Positions 11,260-21,825 of a stretch of DNA of 64,000 nt are shown here, in pieces. Positions within the stretch are counted from its first letter, which is position 1; the number at the start of each line of letters is the position of its first letter. The notes below the pieces were generated by a model. The model did not search any database and was not told where the DNA came from. It saw nothing but the letters and a program-made list of their open reading frames with translations. The DNA comes from an uncultured Alphaproteobacteria bacterium. Lineage in GTDB: Bacteria; Pseudomonadota; Alphaproteobacteria; Rhizobiales; Rhizobiaceae. Both the position numbers and the translations under genes were made by a program. The stretch covers positions 168,871 through 232,870 of the forward strand of contig CAWBWL010000008.1 of the NCBI GenBank assembly GCA_963792485.1, given 5' to 3'.

Positions 11260-11504
11260 GTTGCTCCAATAGCGGCGCCGGGACCCGGCTTCGGCTAAAT
11301 GTGTCTGCTACAGACAAATACATCCCCTGTCGCGAGAAAGCGACCTTGCAAGCTGTCCGAATCCCCCAGTTTATTTCGCCCGGCGACACCGCCGGTAACC
11401 ATTCATCCCGATTATTCACGTGACGTGATTATTGCTTCTTGCAACTTACTTGGCCTGCTGCCACAACCACTGCGGCACATCTCATGCAAATTCAGGGGCA
11501 GTTC

Positions 11505-13367
11505 ATGGCAATACGCATCGGCACTAACGGCGCCAACACGATCAGCGGCACAAACCAAAGCGACATAGTCTTCGCATTTGGGGGTGACGACCTCATCAGC
11601 ACCGGTGCTGGCAATGACTGGGTTTTCGCCGGCGCAGGCAATGACCAGATTTTCGCGGGCGACGGCAATGACTGGGTGTTTGCCGGGACCGGCAATGACG
11701 TTGCATCTGGCGGCAATGGCAATGACTTTCTTTATGGCGAAGCCGGAAACGACGTGCTCGACGGCGGCCGCGGCAGCGACATTGTCGATGGCGGCTCAGG
11801 CAGCGACACATTGATTTTCACCGATGCCGAACGCGGCGGCCTTGACCGCTACATCGGCGGCAGCGGCCAGGACTCGCTTGTGCTGGAGTTCGCAGCAGGG
11901 CGCTGGGCGGATGCTGCCGTGAAGGCGGAAGTCATTGCCTATCTCGACTTTCTCGCAGCGGGCGGCGCCGGCAATTTCACCTTCACGACCATGAACCTAA
12001 TCGTCAGCAGCGTAGAAGCGCTCGTCGTAAAGGTTGACGGCATCATCATCGACCCGCGCGCAGGCGGCAACACAGCGCCAACCGGCGTCGCCGACAGCTA
12101 CAGCACCGGCGAAAACGGCATTCTCACCGTCTCCCCCGCCACGGAGCGCGGCACGCTTGTTGACAATGACAACACTGGCACCGGCGCTTTCACGGTCGAG
12201 CTGGTCACAGGTCCGGCCGACGGTGCGCTGACGCTCAATGCCGATGGCACGTTCAGCTTCAATCCCGGCGCCGCGTTCGACTACCTGAATGCGGGCCAGT
12301 CTGCGATTGAGACTTTCACCTACCGGATCATCAACAACGCGGGCGCGTCCGGTCCAATTGCCGTGACGCTCAATATCACTGGCGCAAATGATGCGGCGGC
12401 AATCACCGGTAACTTGTCGGGAGCCATGAAAGAGGACAGTGTCGAAGAAGACAACGAAACCTATATTCTGACCACAAGCGGTCAAATCAACGTCGCGGAC
12501 GCCGATGCCGGACAGGCAGGCGTTGGCAATGCTGGCACATATGAAGGCGATTACGGTACACTGGTCCTCGCGTCTGACGGCAGCTGGGAGTACACGCTGA
12601 ACAACAGCTCGCCCGCCGTGCAGTCACTGGGCGAAGGCGTCACAGTCACGGACTCGTTCGAAGTAACCTCCATCGACGGCTCGGCAACACAGTCCATCAG
12701 CATAACGGTCGAAGGCACAAACGATTATCCAAGCCTGTACGGCGAAATGACAGGCACTGTGAACGAGGATGGGTCCACGGAGACCAATGAAGCCGGGACT
12801 TTGACGGCAACCGGACAGATCATTGTTTTTGACGACGATACCGGTGAATCGGGAGTTGCCGGAGCTGACGATCATCGTAGCTTATACGGCACGCTGGCTG
12901 TCGCTGAGGACGGAAGCTGGACCTATACTTTGGACAGCAACCTAGCCGAAATTCAGGCCCTCAGGGGTGGGGAAATCGTTGTCGACGCTATAATCGTCCC
13001 GACAGTCGACGGAACGGGAGCCACGGTCGCCATTATCATTGAAGGCGAGAACGATGCCGCGTTTGTTGATGGAATTTTCTCCGACACAATCACGCTGGCC
13101 TTTGAGGACACAAGCGCCGAAGGCTTCGTCACAGTTTCAGACGTGGACACAGGTGAAAGCGGCGTCGTGGCTGGCACCTATGCAGGCCTCTATGGCGATC
13201 TCACAATGGATGCCGACGGGCTCTGGATCTACCAGATTACCAATTTCGATCTTCCATTCGACGAAGCGACGACGTCGGTTTACGAAGGCTTCGCGGTTGA
13301 GACGCTGGGCGGCGACGTATTCAGCATCGACATCACAATCCAGCAAGACGGCTTCATCCTCGGCTAA
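11505..13367 (+). CDS. RTX calcium-binding repeat / VCBS-repeat protein, probable type I secretion substrate
   Basis: N-terminal GGxGxDxxx nonapeptide repeats (GNDWVFAGAGNDQIFAGDGND...). Downstream are repeated xDxDxGESG ... YGTLxxxxDGSWxYTL blocks typical of VCBS domains. No signal peptide. Confidence 0.7.
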   Translation: MAIRIGTNGANTISGTNQSDIVFAFGGDDLISTGAGNDWVFAGAGNDQIFAGDGNDWVFAGTGNDVASGGNGNDFLYGEAGNDVLDGGRGSDIVDGGSGSDTLIFTDAERGGLDRYIGGSGQDSLVLEFAAGRWADAAVKAEVIAYLDFLAAGGAGNFTFTTMNLIVSSVEALVVKVDGIIIDPRAGGNTAPTGVADSYSTGENGILTVSPATERGTLVDNDNTGTGAFTVELVTGPADGALTLNADGTFSFNPGAAFDYLNAGQSAIETFTYRIINNAGASGPIAVTLNITGANDAAAITGNLSGAMKEDSVEEDNETYILTTSGQINVADADAGQAGVGNAGTYEGDYGTLVLASDGSWEYTLNNSSPAVQSLGEGVTVTDSFEVTSIDGSATQSISITVEGTNDYPSLYGEMTGTVNEDGSTETNEAGTLTATGQIIVFDDDTGESGVAGADDHRSLYGTLAVAEDGSWTYTLDSNLAEIQALRGGEIVVDAIIVPTVDGTGATVAIIIEGENDAAFVDGIFSDTITLAFEDTSAEGFVTVSDVDTGESGVVAGTYAGLYGDLTMDADGLWIYQITNFDLPFDEATTSVYEGFAVETLGGDVFSIDITIQQDGFILG

Positions 13368-13418
13368 TCGCGCTGCGACTTGCATTGATCTAAAGCGCCG
13401 CCTGCGGGCGGCGTTTCT

Positions 13419-13877
13419 TTATCCGAGCAACGCTTTGATAACCCCGCTCGCTTTGCCAAAATCCATCTGCCCGGAAAACTGCGCCCGCAGTTCCGCCATA
13501 ACCTTGCCCATATCCTTGATCGAGGCCGCGCCTGTCTCCTTGATGATGGCGGCGATGGCTGCCTTCGTTTCCTCATCCGACAATTGCCTGGGCATATATC
13601 CCTGAATGATCACAATCTCGGCCCGCTCCTTGGCAGCGAGTTCGGGCCGGCCGGCCTTGTCATAGATCGCCGCTGATTCTTCGCGCTGCTTCACCATTTT
13701 GGTGAAAAGCTGCAACAGTTCATCATCGCTCGCAGCTTCCTTGCCAGTGCCCCGGTTGGCGATGTCGCGGTCCTTGATCGCCGCCTGCATCATGCGCAGC
13801 GTCGAAAGCCGGTCTTTCTCGCCAGCCTTCATGGCAGTCTTCACGTCCTCGGTAATTTTCTCGCGCATATCCGGCAT
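13419..13877 (-). CDS. GatB/YqeY domain-containing protein
   Basis: Full-length similarity to the YqeY family. Confidence 0.85.
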   Translation of the reverse strand: MPDMREKITEDVKTAMKAGEKDRLSTLRMMQAAIKDRDIANRGTGKEAASDDELLQLFTKMVKQREESAAIYDKAGRPELAAKERAEIVIIQGYMPRQLSDEETKAAIAAIIKETGAASIKDMGKVMAELRAQFSGQMDFGKASGVIKALLG

Positions 13878-14026
13878 CCTCTTTTCGCCGCGTGCAATAA
13901 CATGGTTGACATTAAGCGCAAGGAATTGACCCCTTCCCTCTGCTCCACTATGGGATCGGCCTTAGCCAGACAGATTCCGGAAAAGAGCGCCGCTGCGATC
14001 CTTCGCGCGCGCCAGATGAAAGCCGC

Positions 14027-15238
14027 ATGATGAGCGAGACACAGGCAAAGACCGAAGGATGGACCGCGCACAAGCCGACCGCTCTGCTTGTGCTGGCGGA
14101 CGGCACGGTCATCGAGGGCAAGGGCGCAGGCGCGACAGGTTCGGTCGCCGCCGAGGTCTGTTTCAACACTGCGCTGACTGGCTATCAGGAAATTCTCACT
14201 GATCCCTCCTATGCCAGCCAGATCGTCACTTTCACCTTCCCGCATATCGGCAATATCGGCGCCAATGACGAGGACATTGAGGATTTGCACCCGGCCCGCC
14301 GCTCCGGCGCGGTGGGGGCTATTTTCAAGGCGGATATCACCAATCCATCCAGCTACCGCTCCGCCCAGCACTTTAATGACTGGCTGAAGAAGCGCGGCAT
14401 CATCGCACTGAGCGGTATCGATACCCGTGCGTTGACGACGCTGATCCGCGAAAAAGGCATGCCCAACGCCGTCATCGCGCATGACCCGTCCGGCAAATTT
14501 GACGTGGACGCACTCAGGAAACAGGCGCGGGCGTGGTCAGGCCTTCTCGATTTGGACCTGGCCAAGGACGTCACCTCTGGCCAGAGCCAGAGCTGGAGCG
14601 AAGGCGCATGGGTCTGGAACGAAGGCTTTGCCGCTGCTGATGACACGGGCATCCACATTGTGGCGCTCGATTATGGCGTCAAGCGCAACATATTGCGGCT
14701 CATGGCAGGTCTCGGTGCGAAGGTCACCATTTTGCCCGCTTCGTCTAGCGCCGAAGACGTATTGGCGCACAAGCCCGACGGCGTGTTCCTCTCCAATGGC
14801 CCAGGCGACCCAGCTGCGACCGGCGCATACGCCGTGCCTGAAATCCGCAAATTGGTTGAAAGCGGCATTCCACTGTTTGGTATCTGCCTCGGCCACCAGA
14901 TGCTGGCGCTGGCGCTGGGCGGAACAACCCTGAAAATGCATCAGGGCCATCACGGCGCCAATCATCCGGTGAAGGATTTCACCACCGGCAAGGTCGAAAT
15001 CGTCTCAATGAACCACGGCTTTGCGGTCGATAGAAAGTCGCTGCCAAAGGGCGTCGAGGAAACCCATGTCTCGCTGTTTGACGGCTCCAACTGCGGTTTG
15101 CGCTTGACTGGCAAGCCGGTCTTCTCTGTCCAGCACCACCCCGAGGCGTCGCCCGGTCCGCAGGATTCGCACTACCTCTTCCGCCGCTTCTTCAACATGA
15201 TCCGCGAAAAGCGCGGCGAGCCAGTGCTGGCGGAGTGA
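14027..15238 (+). CDS. carA: Carbamoyl-phosphate synthase small subunit
   Basis: Canonical CarA N-terminus, and a glutamine amidotransferase domain with GICLGHQ and HHPE motifs. Confidence 0.9.
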   Translation: MMSETQAKTEGWTAHKPTALLVLADGTVIEGKGAGATGSVAAEVCFNTALTGYQEILTDPSYASQIVTFTFPHIGNIGANDEDIEDLHPARRSGAVGAIFKADITNPSSYRSAQHFNDWLKKRGIIALSGIDTRALTTLIREKGMPNAVIAHDPSGKFDVDALRKQARAWSGLLDLDLAKDVTSGQSQSWSEGAWVWNEGFAAADDTGIHIVALDYGVKRNILRLMAGLGAKVTILPASSSAEDVLAHKPDGVFLSNGPGDPAATGAYAVPEIRKLVESGIPLFGICLGHQMLALALGGTTLKMHQGHHGANHPVKDFTTGKVEIVSMNHGFAVDRKSLPKGVEETHVSLFDGSNCGLRLTGKPVFSVQHHPEASPGPQDSHYLFRRFFNMIREKRGEPVLAE

Positions 15239-16850
15239 TCAGGACGACAGCCGGATCAGCGAAATCTTGTCGGCGATCTTGGCAAATGCATCATCCAGCA
15301 GCGCGCGGTTGGGCACGTCAATATAGTGATCAGCGTCGCTCGCGCAGTCTTTGAGCATATTGCCGGTTGTGACATTCGGCTCTTCCAGGCGGATCGTGTA
15401 GATCTCCACGCCGTCATTCTTGGCGTTCGTGCAGGCCTGCAGCGTCTTGTCGTTCATCGCATTGGTCACCTGCGAAGACGAGCCGCCAGACAGGCCAAGC
15501 CGGCCATCGGCGAGATATCCGAAACTCGTATAGGCTGAGCCGAGCGAGTTGGAGATCTGCCCAAGATTATTGGTGCCGTCGGTCAGCAGAACGAGAATTT
15601 TTCGCACACCCGGGTTATTTTCCGGTTGCCCCTCTTTGAACGGCGCGCGGGAGGAAAGCACGCGCCAGCCCCAGGCAGCGCCCTTCGATAATGTTGGTGT
15701 AGCCAAGCGCCTGCAGGGAGTCCACCTTGGATTTCAGCGCGCTGAAATTTGTGCTCAGAGGCACAATCGGCTGCACGTCGCAGCCGAAATTCGGACCCTT
15801 GCCGACTGGATAGCCACCGTAAAATGTCTGATTGCTAAGGTCAGGCGTAACTGCGCTCCAAGCTGAGCGACTCCTCGATCTGGCTGGAAAAGTGAGGCTC
15901 TTGAAGCTGGCGGCGTACACCGCGCCATAGCGCTCCATCCGCTCAGTGGCGGTTCCCTGCGCGATTGCCGCCGCGCCATCCGGCAGATAGGAGTTGGGAA
16001 AGCTTCCGGTGTCCGGCTCATCATTGGCAAAGGCTGGAATGAACAGCGTCTCGGGATCTGCGGCGTTCGGTTCTTCGTCATTTACGTCATAAGGGTCTGC
16101 CGCCGTTGACGCCCGCGCTTCGACGCAACCTTCCCATTTCACGCCCATATTGCGCATGAGTGCAAACCGGCTCACGCCCGGATCGAGGTCGCTCTGGTCT
16201 ATTGGGCTCTTGGCAAGGGCGTCGATCCAGTCGGCCGGGTCGCGCTTTACTTTCCCGTCGCCATCATACTCCGGTCCGAACTGCGCGCCCACATTTACTT
16301 TGCTGGAGAACGGCACAAGCGCAAACTTGAGTGAGCCGGCGCGTGTGTTTTGTGCGGCCATTGTGTCAATCAAACCGTTGACCGCGTCTTTCATCGCCGC
16401 AAGCTTGCCGCCCGACATGGAGCCGGTCGTGTCGAGAGCCAGGGCAATCTCATAGTTTGCATAGATGATCTCGGTCGATGCGGTGCTGGTAAGATCGACG
16501 GTGGAGACACCGAGCACGCCGCCGAAATGCACAGGCGCGACAGCATTGACCGAAATGCTGACGGTTTTTCCAGAGCGCACAACTGACAGGTTCGAGAAGC
16601 TGATCGAGAGATTGGCGCGCAGAAACTTCTCTGCGATTTCATCTGCCTGCGCGTCGGTTATCTTGTCAGCCTCATGCGCAACGGCAAGAACCGCGCTATC
16701 CACTGCTGTCTGCAGATCAGACTTGAGGCGCAGAATGTTGGAGTAATCAACTGCAAGACCGACGCCCATGAGCAGCGGCACAGAAATGACAGCAGCCATA
16801 ATGGCGAACTGACCGCTTGTGTCACGCAGAAACCGCCTGATTGCCTTCAC
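15239..16850 (-). pseudogene. TadE/TadG-like Flp-pilus-associated protein with vWA domain, frameshifted near 15690
   Basis: N-terminal TadE-like segment (RRFLRDTSGQFAIMAAVISVPLLM), then a vWA domain (ALDTTGSMSG ... ILVLLTDGTNN) that continues in a second frame. Confidence 0.7.
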
Positions 16851-16973
16851 CTTGATCCGCTCCGCCTGAATAATTCCGGCAGGCTAGCGCGAAAACGCGA
16901 AGAGAAGCCTAATTCAGGTCAGAAACAGCCGAAAAATCATGCCGATCGGTAAACAAATCCTGAAGATCAACCG

Positions 16974-17912
16974 TCAAATGTCGGCGTTAAACGTGTCACA
17001 CGCCTCAAGCTTGCCCGATTGAATGCCGCGCTTGAGCCACTCAACACGCTGTGCAGACGTGCCATGGTTGAACGCGTCCGGCACAACATAGCCCTGCGTG
17101 CGCCGCTGCAGCGTGTCATCGCCGATCTGTTGCGCGGCATTCAGCGCCTCTTCAAGATCGCCGTCTTCGAGCAAGCCCTTCTGTGCGGTGGACCGCGCCC
17201 AGATGCCCGCAAAACAATCCGCCTGAAGCTCGACGCGGATTGACATTGCATTGGCCTCGCTCTGCCCCATCTGCTGGCGCATCTGGTTGAACTTCGGCAA
17301 AACGCCGGTGATGTTCTGCACGTGATGGCCCACTTCGTGCGCCAGCACATAGGCGCGGGCAAAATCGCCCTTCGCGCCGAACTGCCGCGACAGCTGGTCA
17401 TAGAACGACAGGTCAATATAAAGCTTCTGGTCGCCCGGACAGTAGAAAGGCCCGGAGGCCGCGCTCGCAAAGCCGCAGGCCGAGCGCACCTGCCCGTCGA
17501 AGAGCACCAGCGTCGGCTCGGGATAGTCTTCGCCGAGCGATTGGAAAACACCGGACCAGACGTCCTCGGTTTCGGCAAGAACCACGCCGACGAATTTCTT
17601 CATCTCGTCCGCCCGCGCCGGATCAACGGGCGCTCTCGGTTCGCTCTCCGTCACCGAACCGCCGCCATCCTGCCCGACCAGCACTTGCAGCGGATCAATG
17701 CCGCAGGCTTTCAGGGCGAAAAACAGGATAACCAGCATCACAATGCCGGAAATGCCGCCGCCGCGCGCCGAGCGCATGCCCGAGCCGCCGCTGGGCAGGC
17801 GGAACCCGCCACGCCCGATGCCGCCGGAAGACCCGGACCCATCGCGCTGGTCCTCCACATTCTGGCTCTCACGCCGGCCTTTCCAAAGCATTGCATGCAC
17901 TCCCGAATTCAA
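16974..17912 (-). CDS. ypfJ: YpfJ-family putative neutral zinc metallopeptidase
   Basis: TM anchor, then the conserved YpfJ core including HEVGHH. Confidence 0.8.
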   Translation of the reverse strand: MNSGVHAMLWKGRRESQNVEDQRDGSGSSGGIGRGGFRLPSGGSGMRSARGGGISGIVMLVILFFALKACGIDPLQVLVGQDGGGSVTESEPRAPVDPARADEMKKFVGVVLAETEDVWSGVFQSLGEDYPEPTLVLFDGQVRSACGFASAASGPFYCPGDQKLYIDLSFYDQLSRQFGAKGDFARAYVLAHEVGHHVQNITGVLPKFNQMRQQMGQSEANAMSIRVELQADCFAGIWARSTAQKGLLEDGDLEEALNAAQQIGDDTLQRRTQGYVVPDAFNHGTSAQRVEWLKRGIQSGKLEACDTFNADI

Positions 17913-18097
17913 TTCCTTGGCCTGACTTATGGCAGGAATTGGGGAGCAAGTTCAATAGGCCGCGATCTGGACAGGGCCAGACGAAATCACGGCGGGCGGG
18001 CCTCTGGAGAGAACCCGCCCGCCGCGCCCCGCGCCGCAACACCTGAACTGACAGCTCGCCTCAGTTGGCCATCGAGGCGATGCTGCCGGTCAGGATA

Positions 18098-18652
18098 TCA
18101 CTTCGGCAGCAGAACCTTGTTGACGACATGAATGACGCCGTTCGACTGGTTGACGTCGCCGATGGTCACTTTCGACGCGCCGCCGCTTTCATCAAGGATC
18201 AGGATTGAATTGCCGCGCATTGTCGCCGTCAGCGCGTCGCCGCTGACCGCACTGAAATTGTACTTGCCGCCATTTGCCTTGATGCGCTTCTTCAGCGTCG
18301 CCGCCGACAGCTTACCGGCAACCACATGCGCGGTGAGAACCTTGGTCAAAGTTCCCTTGTTCTCCGCCTTCAACAGCGTGTCAACGGTTCCGGCGGGCAG
18401 CGCGGCAAAACCGGCATTGACCGGCGCGAACACGGTGAAGGGACCCGCGCCCTGGAGCGTCTCGACCAGGCCCGCAGCCTTGACGGCGGCAACCAGCGTT
18501 GTGTGGTCCTTCGAATTCACGGCGTTCTCAATGATGTTCTTTTCCGAGAACATCGGCGCGCCGCCGACTTCGACCATCGCGGCGAAAGCGGGCGCGGCGA
18601 GAGAGGCTGCAATGGCGAGCGCCGCAGTGGTGCGAACGAGTGATTTGATCAT
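18098..18652 (-). CDS. Fasciclin (FAS1) domain protein with signal peptide
   Basis: TVFAPVNAGFAALPAGTVDTLL ... GVIHVVNKVLLP are fasciclin H1/H2 motifs. Confidence 0.85.
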   Translation of the reverse strand: MIKSLVRTTAALAIAASLAAPAFAAMVEVGGAPMFSEKNIIENAVNSKDHTTLVAAVKAAGLVETLQGAGPFTVFAPVNAGFAALPAGTVDTLLKAENKGTLTKVLTAHVVAGKLSAATLKKRIKANGGKYNFSAVSGDALTATMRGNSILILDESGGASKVTIGDVNQSNGVIHVVNKVLLPK

Positions 18653-18949
18653 GGAATATGTCCCTGTGTGAGAGTTGAAAAGGTGAACTGAAAGCCCCAT
18701 CCTCGTGCGGCTCAAAAGGGCAAACGGAACAGCGCTTGATCAAGTTTCAAAACCGCGGACACGCTTGCATCACGAAACCGTGTCCTCGAAACTGCCCGCC
18801 GCTTGCCCTGAAATTGAACGATGAGATCGTCTCAACGGGCATATCTGGGAATATATGTGGATGGATCCGGGGCATGTGATGGGGTGAGAGGCGGTTTGGC
18901 GAAGCCACTCTCCACCTGACTTCCCCCCTCCGCCGCGCAAGAGCGCGGC

Positions 18950-19006
18950 CCCTCCCCCACAAGGGGGGAGGTTAAGCGCCGCGCCCATTCTCCCCCCTTG
19001 TGGGGG
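18950..19006. repeat. Pair of oppositely oriented GC-rich hairpin units (CCTCCCCCACAAGGGGGGAGG / CTCCCCCCTTGTGGGGGAG), REP-like
   Basis: The two units are reverse complements of each other. A related unit (CTCCCTCCCCCTTGTGGGGAGGGAG) recurs at 36670-36695. Confidence 0.6.
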
Positions 19007-19743
19007 AGACGGCTGCGAAGCAGCCAGAGGGGGGAAGTCAATCCAGACAGCACTTGAATTTTTCTGCATTTTCCCCCATCCTCACACGCAGGGATTGGGG
19101 AACGGCGGTGAAAACACCATCTGCCAAAACGCGAAAACCCAGAGCGGCAAAACCCGCCGCGCCTTCCCCCGCGCCCGCCGCGAACGCCGAGGCTCCCATC
19201 GACGAGCCGCTCACCTTCGACGATGACGGCATCAAGCGCGTGCAGGACATTATCCGCAACGCCCGCGCCACATGGTTTGCCCTGCTCGGCGCGCTGGTCT
19301 TCGCCTCGGTGACGCTGGCGAGCGTCAAGGATATTTCCTTCTTTGTGGACACGGTGGAAACCAAGCTGCCCATCGTCGGCATTTCCGTGCCGGTCGTCTC
19401 GTTCTTCTGGGCCGGCTCGCTGCTGATCGCCGCGCTCTACGCTTACTTTCACCTCTATCTGGAGCTGCTCTGGCAGGCGCTGGGCGATTTTCCGGCGCGT
19501 GACAAAACCGGCGCGCTGCTCGCCGACCGGATCGAGCCGCGGATCGTCGCCGATACGGCCATGTTCAGGGGTGAAGCGCGTTTTGGCGAAGCCAAACGAA
19601 GGTTCTGCGATTTGGCTTTTCCAGCGAGTGAGGACAAATGGTCTATGGTCAACAAATCGTGCCAGTCGCAGGTTTTGAAGTCCGAACGCGTGGAGCCATT
19701 ACAAAGGGCGGGGCGACGGATGAGGCGATCCTTTACCGCTTGA
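19000..19743 (+). CDS. Hypothetical membrane protein; true start probably downstream (about 19108)
   Basis: Long ORF with a Pro/Ala-rich N-terminal region and two hydrophobic helices (ATWFALLGALVFASV..., VVSFFWAGSLLIAALYAYF). No homolog recognised. Confidence 0.35.
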   Translation: MGETAAKQPEGGSQSRQHLNFSAFSPILTRRDWGTAVKTPSAKTRKPRAAKPAAPSPAPAANAEAPIDEPLTFDDDGIKRVQDIIRNARATWFALLGALVFASVTLASVKDISFFVDTVETKLPIVGISVPVVSFFWAGSLLIAALYAYFHLYLELLWQALGDFPARDKTGALLADRIEPRIVADTAMFRGEARFGEAKRRFCDLAFPASEDKWSMVNKSCQSQVLKSERVEPLQRAGRRMRRSFTA

Positions 19744-20347
19744 CCTTGAGATAATTCTGGCAAGCCTCCGCCCGGTTCTTGGCTGACAAGCGGCTCAAAA
19801 TGGCGTCGACATGCGAATTGACCGTCGACGGCGCAACAGCGAGGCGAAGCGCGATTTCCTTGTTGGAGAGCCCTTCGAGAATGAGCCCCATCACCCTGTC
19901 CTGCTGCTCGGTCAGCAGACTCGCTGCCTGCCAATTGTTTGAGGCCTGCATAGCGTAGGCCGCAACCTCCTGCGGCAGGTAAGTTCCCCCGGCGAGCACA
20001 AGAGCTATGGCCGCCTCAATGGTCTCGCTGGCAAGCGACTTTGGAATGATGCCGCAGACATTCATCGCAAGCAGCTTGAGAACCGTCTGCTTGTCGTGCG
20101 TTCCTGTCAGAACCACCAGCGGCATGCCAGGATGCTGCTCCAAAAGGGTCCGTATCCCGGCAAACGGTTCCGACCCCGGCATGTTCAAATCACAAATACA
20201 AACGTCAAATTCCTTACCGGCGCATGCAAAGGCTTTCGCGTAATCCTCACACAGTGTGACATCCGACCCCGGCCAGCACCGCTCGATTGTCGCTGCGAGC
20301 GCCGCGCGCATCAGCGAGTGATCGTCGCAGACAAGGAAGGATTTCAT
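19733..20347 (-). CDS. Two-component response regulator, receiver plus LuxR/FixJ HTH
   Basis: Receiver domain with DD ... D ... K pattern. C-terminal LTEQQDRVMGLILEGLSNKEIALRLAVAPSTVNSHV is a LuxR-type HTH. Confidence 0.85.
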   Translation of the reverse strand: MKSFLVCDDHSLMRAALAATIERCWPGSDVTLCEDYAKAFACAGKEFDVCICDLNMPGSEPFAGIRTLLEQHPGMPLVVLTGTHDKQTVLKLLAMNVCGIIPKSLASETIEAAIALVLAGGTYLPQEVAAYAMQASNNWQAASLLTEQQDRVMGLILEGLSNKEIALRLAVAPSTVNSHVDAILSRLSAKNRAEACQNYLKVKR

Positions 20348-21691
20348 TTCGGCATCTCGATGTAAAACGCCGAACCATTTGCCCATCTCTCGTCGAGACC
20401 GGCGGTTCCGCCATGAAGGAGCGCGATGCGGCGCACGGAGGCGAGGCCAAGGCCAAACCCGCCCGGGGCTGCGCCGGACCCTTGAAAATAGTCTTCAAAA
20501 AGCGACAGCCGGTCAGCTTCGGATATGCCTTTGCCGTCGTCAATTACCCATATTCGGAAGCCTTTTGCTCCGGCCGATTTGATTCCCACCAAAACTCGCT
20601 CAGCGTTTGCATGCTTGACCGCGTTTGAGATCAAATTCGAAACAGCTCGCACCAGAAGCCCGCTATCGACCAGCGCCGCTCGGGAGGATGCGACCACACG
20701 TAGGTCCACCGGCGTATCGCATTCAGACTGCTGAGCTGCCCGTGCAAGAATTGGCCCCAGAGACTGCATCACCAAATCGGCGCGAACCGCGTCTGATTCA
20801 AGCCGCAGATAATTTGTCATGTGCGAAACGAGCCCGCGCGCCGACGACAATGCGCTGTCTATCGCCTCGGCCGCCTTCTCCTGCTCAGGCGCGAGCGGCT
20901 TGACCTTCAATTGTCTCACAAACAGGCTGGCCGCTTGCAAAGGCTGGCCGAGATCGTGCGACGCGCTTGCGATGAAGCGGGTCTTGGCGTCCCGCGAAGC
21001 CGTCACCTCGTCATGCGCCGCCTTCACCAAAATCATGTCGCGTTCGCTTCGCCTGCGGCCCTTGATGGACTCAACTACGGCTTTGCGGAAGACCCCCGCC
21101 CCGTAGATCAGCATCAGGCCATAAATCAGAAACATTGCCGACAAGATCGGCCATGCCGGATTACCGGACAGATACAGCTGGATCGCGAATGCGCTCAAGA
21201 ATGACAATGACGCTGATCCTGTTCGCCGACACGTTGTCGGGGTCCACAACAAGCTGAAGCGGGCCGTAGCCGACACAAAACGCCAGCGCCACCAATTGGT
21301 GGGTCTGCGTCCCGTATGGGAACAACAAAAAGATTGCGCCGACAGCCACTGCGTCGAACACATGCGTGAAACGCTTGTCCATCCGCCGCCAGACGCGGAT
21401 TGTCTCATCCGGTCCCGGTCGGCGAATGAAAAAGGCGATGCAAAACAGCGCCGACATTGAGAAGGCGACTGCTGTCAGCCAAATCCAAATTTGCATCCTG
21501 CCGGCCGGCGCGAGGTCGCGATACGAAAAGTAAATGACGATTACCACCAGCCAGTAGGCCGAATGGCCAATAAGCGTCATCGCCGGATTGAAGATCGCCA
21601 AATGCGCTTCAGTCTCGACCTTCTGCCCAGCTGTGATTGTATCGGTCCCCGCCATCGCGGTCAGGATGAAATCATATGCGCGCGAGGTCAA
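20344..21691 (-). pseudogene. Sensor histidine kinase (membrane), frameshifted near 21200. Its stop overlaps the response-regulator start.
   Basis: HisKA H-box FIASASHDLGQPL and HATPase_c G-boxes (DDGKGI, GGFGLGL). The N-terminal membrane segment lies in another frame (ORF 21161..21691). Confidence 0.75.
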
Positions 21692-21825
21692 GCTCTGACC
21701 AAACGGCCTCCCCCGGACTTATCCCCCAAAATCGCACCAGCTTCTCCCCCGTTCGGGGAATACTTTGAGCGGCGGCGGAATGTAAATTCGGTTCTCGAGT
21801 GGGCTAACTCAAAAGGAACCGGAAA

